DNA of 47,936 nucleotides, filler included, from Jimgerdemannia flammicorona (taxonomy: Eukaryota): assembly GCA_003990765.1 (NCBI GenBank). It is 2 parts of 2 records of this genome, joined end to end, with 100 filler letters (N's around TTAATTAATTAA, not from the genome) between each part and the next. Parts side by side here need not be neighbours in the genome. Positions count along the whole stretch, not along the records: positions 24,038 to 47,936 come from RBNJ01001045.1; 1 more part is not named here. One strand, given 5' to 3'. A model generated the notes under the pieces. It had not been told where the DNA came from. It saw only the letters and a list, made by a program, of their open reading frames with translations, and made no database searches. Below, one piece after another: positions 37,801-47,936 of this stretch. Both the position numbers and the translations under genes were made by a program. Numbering within the stretch: position 1 is the first letter of the stretch; every line of letters starts with the position of its first letter.

Positions 37801-40800
37801 GCTCATGAGGTATTCTCTAGCACTAATATCAATGATAGCATCAAAGATACAATCTTCAATCTGATATTAAATATAGACTGAGATCTTATACTGATCTTCA
37901 GATTCTTCATCTGAGTCTTTTTGTTCATTTTCTTGTACATTGTGAGCTTCTATGATCTTGTACTCTTGGTTCTTGATAGTGGTTGCAAGTCCTGCTCTTA
38001 ACTGCTATCTAAAGGTGGGGACTTCTGCTAGTTATCCAAAAGTAGTATTGATATTCTGTTCCTTGAGATCCTTATAGATATTATACTGATGGACTTTGGT
38101 CTTATACAGCTTCTGTTCTTTTTTGCTTTCACTTTCTCCTGAGACTGGAGTAGTATCTTCAATAATTTGATTAGTAGCTTTATCTAACTCTATGTCTTAA
38201 TTAATCTCTTCAGATTGGGTCTTACTTTGAATAGTGATGGTTGGGGTCTTTTTTGGTCTTCCAATAGGCTTACTGTTGCTCTTCTTATCATAGAGCTTGG
38301 ACTGAGTTCTGGTATCTTCAGTAATAGGGTAAAATTCAGATTTTTCATAGTATTTTTCATCATCAGTATTACCAATATCCTCAATGACTACTATATTGAT
38401 TTGTTCTCTGGTTTTGATAGCATTACTTAGTTGGGCTCTGTACCTTGTTTCAGTCATACAATTATTTGCATAGTGGTCTTCTCTATATTTGAAGTATATA
38501 ATAGTATATTTCTCTATAGTAGCTACAAACTTCTGTACTGGTCTCCTGTTGATACTTTGTACTTCTCTAACAATATCACCAAGATGTATAGTTATCTTGA
38601 CAAACTACTGGGTGAGTTCCTCTATTAGATTAGCTTTGGCCATCTTGGGGATAGGTGGGAATAGTTATCTATTGAGGGCTGTGATAGATATAATACTGAT
38701 TGGCTTTGGTAGCTCTATCTTAATACTAGTTATTCTTTTCATTAAGTGTTCAGTAGAGTGTCTGATAGTTCAATATCTCTATATAATAACCACTTTCTGG
38801 TCAAGGGTCAGAGTAGCTGGGGTAGATCAGATTGCTAGGACAATTTCATAGTAGACTCCTTTTAGAAAGATTGAATCAGCTATCTATTTCTTGAGATGAT
38901 CATTATAGCCAGCCAAGACAATCTGGTGGCAAATTTGAGTATAGAATGAGTTGAGGTCTTTATTGAGTCCTTAGCAGATAGTATTAAGTTAATCTTTAAG
39001 AGCTTGCTTGATCTCTTCAGTATAGTATATAGTTTTGAAAAAGTTCTTCATATTGATGAGTTTGACTGCACTAGTGTCAGTAATAGTAGCTGCATTAAAC
39101 TTGTCTCTGGCAGATCCTCTGAGATTGACAGATAGGAGGGCTAATTGTACCTCAATATTGAGGGCCCATATAGTGGCAAATTGTTTAGTAGTAAATCTAT
39201 AGAATGTGAGGAGATATATTTCTATCTTATCTTGAATTCTTACAGAGGGGTGACTCTTATAGTCAGAGTAGTTGTTGTGGTAGTTATTCATTATTCAGCT
39301 TAAAAGTGAGGGATCCTAATGATATCACTAGCTAATAGATACTAAGTTGTTACATATTAGGCACTAAGTTCTCTAAGAATGTTAGATTCTCTTCAAGGTA
39401 TATCTCTTAGACCAACTATAAGTTTCCTATAAGCAAGTTCTATTGGAGTATCTTCCCAAGGTCTTATAGTTCTCAAACTTCTTATCTTTAAACTATTTTA
39501 TTGTCTCTTAGATTTACTGATATGGAATTAAGTAGAGGACTAGAACTTTTATGCTCTTGAGTAGTTGAGTACTTAAATACTTGAGTGTTTTAATACTAAC
39601 TTTATTTTAAAGAAAATGAGAGAAGTATTTATATAAAATATAATTCAATAGTTGCTAAGATATAAAGTTAAATATAAAAATTCAATAACTAAATAAGATA
39701 TTTGAATACAGAAAACTTCAGATTATAAGTACAAATTTGAGTACCCATATAATTAGTTGTATAAGATCAGAATGCTGGAATAATTTCTAATAGTTATATA
39801 AAATCAGGATATCAGAATATTCAAGTATTCAAATAAATAGTTATATAAACAAATTAGAGTAGAATATTTAGAATCCTATAGACTTTATCTTCATTACTAT
39901 CATCAAGACTAGAGATCAATAATAGGATGTCTTTGAAGGAAATAAGGTCAGTGAACATTTTTGTTTCATTTATTTCATATGTATCAATTGGCAGAATAAT
40001 ATCATAACTAGTGATATCATTATGTTTAAGAGTAGCAGAAAGAAGATCAGAGACTCTCTAATCTATGATATTTTCCTCCACAAAGTAGGAGACAAAGGTG
40101 GGATTTTAAGAGGGTCTGATCTAGATACTGGAGCCTTGAAATACTAAGATTAATCCTTGCAGAAATTGATCTAGATTATTTAAAGATGAGATTCTAGAAC
40201 TTTTCTATCTTGTCACTTTTGAGAGTAATAGTAGATTGGGCTTCTGTAGCCACTATGGCTTCTAGTATATCTATATAGTAGACTGATAATTTCTTAAAGT
40301 CTGAGACTCTGGTATACTCTAAGTTGGGAATTGATCAAGATATATGTCTGAAGATCTGATAGATCTTTTTGGCTACCCTCAATTTATGTACATCTATAGA
40401 GATAGTATCTTATATCTCTTAGAGACTAGTCTGAGAGAATTCCTGATAGAGGAGGTTTCTTATTTCATATTTCTATCACATCTAGAGATATTTAGTAGTA
40501 GTAGTGATCCTTATCTCCATTTCATGACAGTAGAGAGTAAAGTGGTAAGGATTATCAGTATTCAAGTTGAGGCTAGGAATCCTTCTAGTGTAGGTTCTCA
40601 TAGCTCTTCTAATGTCTTAGAATATCCTTTCTTAGACTAAGAAGCTTTGGTGATTCCTAGACCTTACAGTTTGATAAGTAGCAGGCATTTTATTTATAAT
40701 AAGTCTTTTGAACTATTTTAGAATTTTGTAAGTCTTGTTTGAGTTACTATTGCTGCAGTTTCTTGATCCTTCTTTTATATTCCTTAAGATGTCTATCTTA

Positions 40801-40948
40801 TAATCATTATGACTTATAATTGGTTATCATTGCTCATCTTGTAGCCTAAGTGAGTTATACTATATGATCTTCTTATATACTGATCTGATGGCTTATAAGG
40901 AAAGACTGTCTTCTGTGATGATGTCACTATTCTAAGATCACTATTATA
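34815..40948 (-). mobile_element. Second family A Gypsy copy, truncated inside integrase; 5' LTR 39348-40948
   Basis: Reverse complement of ~295-6413 including gag, PR, dUTPase (~36760-37190), RT and RH; outer flank ATAT at 40949-40952. Confidence 0.92.
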
Positions 40949-40979
40949 ATATATAATTATTAATAAAGATAATAAAATA

Positions 40980-42950
40980 CTTCTTTCTGAAGTATGATAG
41001 TATATATATTAGTCTATATATATCTGTATATATAAGATTAAGGATCTTGAATATACACTTTAATAATTTCTTAAATAGTTACTACAATACTTTATTTTCT
41101 ATATATCTTAAAAAAGTTATCCTCTAGATATATATGTATCAGTAATCCATTCATCAAGCTATATTAGATTATTTTTTTAAGACTTAATTTGCTGATATAT
41201 CCTAAGTATTGATGTTATATATTGGATACATTAGATACAATTATTATATATATAAAGGCTTTTATACTATTCTCATTCAGCATACTATTGATCATATATA
41301 GATTACTATATTTTGAGACTGTTATTAGCTTATTATTATTCAAATCATATATAGTTATATATATATATCTCTTTATTGCTATAGGATATCAATTTGCTCA
41401 TCAAGAAGAGATTTTATTGCTATAGAGATATATCTTTACATTTCTCTTTTCTTGAGTATAGATGATATTGTTATCTTCTAGTTTGATAGATATAGAGTAT
41501 TTAAAGGACTTATATATAGAAAACTATTCTCTATATGATATTATATATTGTATAGTTCTAGAATCTATAAGTCAGATATCATTGTTATTAGCTATATTTA
41601 TAATATATTCATCAGATATATTGCTGATATTATTGCTACTTTTATTAAGTAAAAGTATTTTACTATTAACTAGAATCTGTAAATAACAGATTAGTAGATT
41701 TGACAGTAGTAAAACTGCTTATAGATCTTATACTGGCAGTACTGGTAGTAGAAATATAGTTATCTATATATATTACTTATATAAAGGACATACTACTACT
41801 ATCAGTTTCAGTAGTATTTATATTATCAAACTTCTCTTTATCTTGATAGTTTCTGTACTAGTATTTTCTATACTTATTTTCACTACTCTCCTTGTCATTT
41901 TTCTAGTGATAACAATTATACTTCCTATATCCATACTTACTATAGTATTTACAATAACTATTATACTTAATAGATTGACTGAACTGATTATTATTATATT
42001 AATTTTAGATTTAAGTTTATTAGCCTTATTGCTCATAATTTTGATCTCATTTGGTACCACCATGTCTATAAGACCTATAAAAGATATTTTCATCATTATT
42101 GCCACTATTTCCTTAGTGCAGTTTCTCATTTATGAGGCTTATTATCATATAGACATAGTCTGTGAGTCTGTTGCTCTTATATATAACTATGATAATAATA
42201 TTATATATATCGGAAAGTTCTCTTGTGAGTACTATAACTTTATTATTATTATTAATATAATCTACAGATATATTGAGAAAATTCACTTAATTTATCAGAT
42301 CATCAATATAACTAGTATATTCATAGATGCTCTTCTTAGACTTCATTTATAAATTGAATAGCTGAGATTTCAGATGAAATTAATTTAAATAAATACTTAC
42401 AGATAATAATTATATAGAGTTTCTCATATTTTATAAGCTATTATAGTATATATTATGAGTTTTATTTATGAATTCAATAATATAAATATGATCTTATATA
42501 TGTATATAATGCTCAGTAATTATTTGTGATATTATAATCTTGAATCAGTACTTATAGCTTTATATATTTTACTAAGCTATATTTATCAAAAAGATTTATT
42601 ATATAAAATATCTAAATAATATAATCTTTTCTATCAAAGATCAGAATAGACCTCTTGACTATATTTATATTTATAACTGAGACTATGTTTTCTATATTTA
42701 TTGAGGTTACACCTATAGAAATACTCATAATTAGTATATCTATATTATAACTTATATTGCTAAACTGATCATCTAATATTTCTAGTATAGTATATTTTAA
42801 AGAGATATATTTATTTGCTATAGCTACTTAATACTAGCAGGCTTATAATCTTTATTATAAAGAAAGAGATATTTTATTGAAGTTATATAGATCACATATT
42901 TTATATATTACTAATGAATAATATAAAACTAATAGAATAGTATAAGTTAT
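40980..42950 (-). mobile_element. Highly eroded possible LTR-retrotransposon gag/PR relic
   Basis: Minus strand 'HRLCLYDNKPH' (knuckle-like) and 'TLLLNKSSNN' (protease-like) in very TpA-rich DNA; weak. Confidence 0.3.
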
Positions 42951-43757
42951 ATACTGATATATCAAGTTACTATCCCAATAGATTATATAGTATAACTATT
43001 ATAATATTACTAATATTATAGACTAAGATTAATATAAAATTATTATAATTTTATTAATATTATTAATTTTATTATTTATAATCTTATTAGTAATATAAAT
43101 TTAATAATATTATACTTAATATTATATATTATTATTATAATATTAAAATATAATTTATTATAAAATTTAGATAAATAACTTTAGTATTTAAAATAAATAA
43201 ATCTTAAATTAAAATAGTTTAAAAAAAAAGAACTAGTAGCTTATAGATAGATATATTTTTTAAAATTATTCTACTTTTTGTAACTAACTTTAAAAGATCA
43301 AAAAGATTAAAAATTTAAGATAAAGAAATCTGATATACTTCTCAAGTTAAGTTCTAATATATTATAATATTATAAAAATAATTAATATATAATATAAAGA
43401 TTTATTAAAATAATAACTTAATATATTAGTATATAACTTATATTATTTTATCAGTTTTATCTTATTTATCAGTAATGTATATAACATATATAACTTTAAT
43501 AAAATAGCTCTCTTTTATAATAAAGGTTATAAGCCCCAGTAATACTAAGTAGCTATAGTAATATATCTCTCTAATATATACTAAAATATCAAGTAATAAT
43601 TAGCTTAATAACTCCAGTAATATAGATATATCAATTATAAGTATTCTAACTATAGGTACTATTATAGAAAATATAGTTCTAATTATTAGTATAAATATTA
43701 TCAAGAGGTCTATCTAGATCTTCAAGAGGAAAGATTATATTATTTTGATATTCTATA

Positions 43758-46700
43758 TTTTTTTTTATAGTCACTTAGACTCTTATATTTATTACTAACT
43801 AGTCTATAATATATATATTAATATAGATTAACCTCTCACCTGATCTCACAAGAGGCTTCTCTCTTCTTTCTATCTCTCTGAAAGGATATCACCCTCTCTG
43901 CTATCTCAATCTGTCTCTTACTCTACTTGCAAATCTTCTCTATAAGTCTCTAATGAAGACTCTCTTGAGATCTTCACTTTCTCTACTATTTGTTTAAAAG
44001 CTCTAATACTAACTACTCTTATCTAGCTACTGTAATGTATCTGGCTCAATAGAGGCAAATTACAAGATTGGGGATTGATGTAGTTTGGCTTGAGCCCCTA
44101 GTTACTTTGTTAAAAAGTAACAAAATATTCTAATATTTCTGAGGTCCTTAGTGTTTAGTGGTATAATAGTCAAGTCTGGATATAATACTAGTTTCTGTTT
44201 ATATGGTAGTCAATTTAGGTGGATTTTCTTATTGAGATAGATTCTTGAGTATGAGTAGTGTTTTGTATAGTATAGACAGTCTGGCAATTTAGCAGTTTCC
44301 TTATATAATTTCTATATGACAATCTCTGTATAGTATGATGATCTCTATATAGTATAGTGATCTCCTTATATATGATGGTCTGGTAATTTAGCAGTTTCCT
44401 TATATAATTTCTGTATGATGATCTTATTTGTAGTATTTCTTATATAGATTTGGTAGATAACTTGATTTAGTAGATGACTTAATTTTGGTACAAATTCTTC
44501 TGAATTGGTGGGCTTCTGGAAATAGCAGATAATATAATAACTCAGATAACTTGGATAATGTGGATAATCCAGATATTACAGATTTTTCTTGAATCAGTGG
44601 GCTCACTGGGAATAGAAGATAACATGGATTCTTCTTACTGAGAATAGATGAATAACTCAGGTATTGCAGATTCTTCCTAAATCAGCAGAGTTCTGGAAAA
44701 TAACTTGGATGGTACAGATTCTTCCTGAATCAGCTCTTCTGAGAATATCAGATAACTTAATAACTTGAGTAACTCAAATGGTGGATTCTTGGTAAAGTTA
44801 TATTAAACACTGGCTTCATTTATATAGAGTTATATTAATAGACTAGCTCTACTATAAGGTTGTATTAAAAGACTAGTTTATGGCAAGAATTGGGCTCTCT
44901 AGAAATAGTAGACTTCTCTTAAAAATGGTAGCTTATTTCTTAAGCAGCAGATTACTCAAATAGTAGTAAAGTTCTTTCTTGAACTTGGTAGATTTCTTAG
45001 ATTCTTCAGGCTTATCTGGCAAGCAAACCAAAAATAGACTCATTCTTTATATTGGAAAGTGGACCAGAGTAGAAAGTAAGCTTACAATCTCCTAGCAGTA
45101 GCTATAGAGTTTCTCTTGAAGTATAGTAGACAGACTTATCTTTTGCTTTAAATTTCAGACTGAGGTTTATTCACTCTTATCTCTGGGATATTTTATACAT
45201 TGTGGTTGCTATCTGGTTACTATATAGATAATTATAGATTTACTATCTCTAGTAATATTTGAGTATATTTATAGGATATAAGTATATCTATAGGACATGA
45301 GTATCTCTATAGGATATGAGTGTGTCTACAGAACATGAGTTTATCTGCCAGACATAGATGTGTCCTTGAGATATAGGTAAACAACCCTGATTTGATATCT
45401 TGGCTAATTATAAGTATGGTAGATATGAGTAACTATGCTATATTAGAAGTTCACATCATCTGACTATATTATATTATTTGCTTGTTACACTACCTATATT
45501 CCAAGTATCAACCTCTGGTCATTCTCAAAAATATACAATTAATATCCAGCAAGCTTAACTCAAACAGCTATAGTCCACCCCACCATCAACTACTTATCAT
45601 CAACCCTCTCTATCAGTCTTGTCTAGAGAGCAGCTCATCTCTCTTCTATCCTCTGCTCAATAGGGTATACTCTCAGCTAGCCCTCAATTGCTCTCCAGAA
45701 GTCCTCCAATATCTCACATTCTCCTAATCAGTATTTAGAGGTCTGAACCATCTCTCTCTCTTATCTGACATTAAAGCACTCTTTATACTCTAAGGTACTC
45801 CCTTCTACTAGATGTCTGATTAAAAGTTCAATATTACCTTATACTACAGAAGTCTCCACTACATTACTCAGAACTTAGGCAGAAACTACTATACTACTAA
45901 CTTGCTCTATAACTAGATATCAACCTAATCTTACTCTTCACTAATCTTCATCACTAGTTAAGCCTCTGGCTACAAATCTCCCCCTCACTCTTATAGATAT
46001 ACTATACTATTCTCAATGCAGAAATCATCTACTGGTATACTCTTTAGTAGAAGGCAGTCTCACTTCTACATCTGAGGTTCTTAGTCCTTCTCATTCTCAT
46101 TACCTCACTAGTAGTGACCAATATGATAGGCCCTATTAACTACTTCCCACCAGAAGTCTCAATAGTGTATCCTCTGACTTCTCTCTAGTATTGCTAGAGA
46201 GAGAAAATTCCCAGAAGTACTCCTGGATAAGAAATATACCTCTCATACCTACTGTATAAAGAGGACCCACTTTTGCTCCCTCAGCTCACTAGTTTGCTTT
46301 AGCCACTATATCTGTAAGCAGAATAAGTACTTTGTAAAGTTCACCAACCCAAGACCCCCCAGTCTACTGGTAAAGTCAGCACCTTCCAACCAATCTGACT
46401 ATATTACCTAGCCCAAATATAGGTCCTGACTATCTTCAGAATTCTCTTGATCACTTATACTAAAAAGTCCAAGAGATATTCTAGATACTATAACTTAGAC
46501 AGTCAATATATATTTAACACTATCACTCTTCTAGTTAGAGAGATATTTAGCCTCTTTAATCCAAGAGAGTGTTTCTTCACTCCATTAGATATTACTCCCA
46601 CTATACCTTAGACAACAAGGAGTCATATACTAAGAAATAGATCCCCAGATAATAAACTACCTCTCTTGCTGAGATAATTATTCCAATCATATCTCTACCT

Positions 46701-46801
46701 ACTCTACACCCTCCTAATATGAGAGTCTCATACTTGTACCAGTTAAGTTTAGCTCCTGAGTACTCTTTATACTATTGTACTACTCTCTTCAATACTGCCA
46801 C
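43758..46801 (-). mobile_element. Decayed LINE copy interrupted by a solo LTR
   Basis: Poly-T then TATAGTCACTTAGACTC; 46330-46760 parallels 25130-25570 (LPV..GGLG region). Confidence 0.75.
44031..45473 (-). mobile_element. Probable solo LTR (~1.44 kb) of another family
   Basis: TGTAATGTA...TATATTATA (eroded inverted ends); flanks CTAC/TTAT differ only by C>T; minus-strand TATAAA...AGAGTGAATAAACCTCAGTCTGA at ~45155-45197. Confidence 0.6.
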
Positions 46802-47702
46802 TAGTGCTCTAAATAGATATAATTTATCCAGATAAAATTTAATTCAGATTCATTATATGTATGATAAATTCAAATCAACTCAGATTAGTCTCATGATCTG
46901 ATCCAGATTAATCTGGATTGATTCAGATTACTCAAAATCTTTTATGATATCACCTTTTCTTTATTCTTTAAAATTTTTATTAACATCATCCTTTCTTTAT
47001 TCTCTGAAATCTTTGATAATATTACTCTTTCTTTATTCTCTAAAATTTTTAGTGACATCATTCTTTCTTTGTTCTTTAATACTTCTTTTTATTTCTTTTA
47101 TTATATTATGAATAAATAAATAGTATCTATTAATCATACATTGGTCTACTTATTTTTTTATCTATTCAATAATTATCAAAAGAGAAAATATTTGAGATAG
47201 AAAAATACTCTCTACTGATAATATTAAATTCTTTCTCATATAGGCAGTATACAAGCTACTCATCAAGAGCTAAAGTAGTGATAGTAATAACAATAGTAAT
47301 AACAATAGTGATAGCAATGATGAGAATGAGGGAGAATTCTGACAATAACTCACAGTGATCCTTCAGACCTCAGAATTCATAGACCTCATAGCTATATATA
47401 TAGCAGTCTTTTTAGAATAGCTATATAATAGTAGATATAGGTTGTCTTTTCACTACTATATTTAAATTTCTATAGCATGACCAAATTCATTTTATGCTGT
47501 TCTCTTTTTCTTAGAGTCTATAGTTTTACAGTGAGATCTATTGACTTTATTCATAATATCTAATTAAGATGAAGAAAGGCTAGAGAATATTGTAAGATAT
47601 ATCTTTAGTGACTAAGCTATTAAGTCAATACATTATATAGCAGAGATCTCAAAAGGATCTGAAGCAAGTCTTTATAAGTAATCTTGTATAACTCATCTAT
47701 AT
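46802..47702. repeat. Same interspersed repeat (copy 2), abutting a LINE
   Basis: Begins TAGTGCTCTAAATAGAT; shares e.g. CCTTCAGACCTCAGAATTCA(C/T)AGACCTCA with copy 1. Confidence 0.7.
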
Positions 47703-47936
47703 TGTGATGGTACAGCCGAATTTGGAAGAAGGAAATAGGGAATAGACACTTGATCGCACCCATTCCCAAAGTAGTATAGCCTTATAGTTAGCAGTCCTCG
47801 ATTTCAACATTGTCTAATTTCTTAGACATTATCCAAATCGAATACCCCGATTTAGCATAGCATTTAGACATTGTCTAAATGTTTCGACAAAGTCCAAATG
47901 ACTCATTTATTACTTAGCCACCCTCTCATAGCTAGC
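47703..47936 (+). mobile_element. Start of another short LTR, cut by the window edge
   Basis: TGTGATG start; motifs shared with the 34313 LTR; ends CCTCTCATAGCTAGC, like the sequence just upstream of the family B TATA box. Confidence 0.6.

Noticed and set aside
41222..42352. Hydrophobic Ile/Leu-rich ORFs resembling membrane proteins or env
   Set aside because: Expected by-product of AT/TpA-rich eroded DNA; no recognisable motif.

Overview
Eukaryotic DNA, most likely fungal (inferred from the intron-rich genes and TE types; an early-diverging Mucoromycota-like genome is a guess). Two contigs appear to be joined by an artificial 100-bp spacer at 23938-24037 (44 N + TTAATTAATTAA + 44 N). Left half: two full-length, decayed Ty3/Gypsy LTR retrotransposons of different families lying tail-to-tail in an (AT)n tract. 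Family A is at 295-9018 (+, ~1.5-kb LTRs) and family B at 9031-21338 (-, ~2.2-kb LTRs); both have the order gag-PR-dUTPase-RT-RNaseH-IN. A small secreted-peptide ORF follows at 22826-23188. Right half: L1/Tx1-like LINE fragments, a CpG-rich gene island with a divergent pair (DUF2462/C19orf53-like and sds22/PPP1R7), a truncated second family A copy, solo LTRs and a duplicated possible DNA-transposon end. Main find: both Gypsy families carry a ~340-360-codon ORF inside the LTR U3 region. The two LTR proteins align by eye although the LTR DNA does not, which suggests a conserved accessory gene in a nef/sag-like position. Family B pol also carries Cys/His clusters, an F-box-like motif and a second degenerate dUTPase-like domain. 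Repeats show strong C>T/G>A erosion of varying depth.
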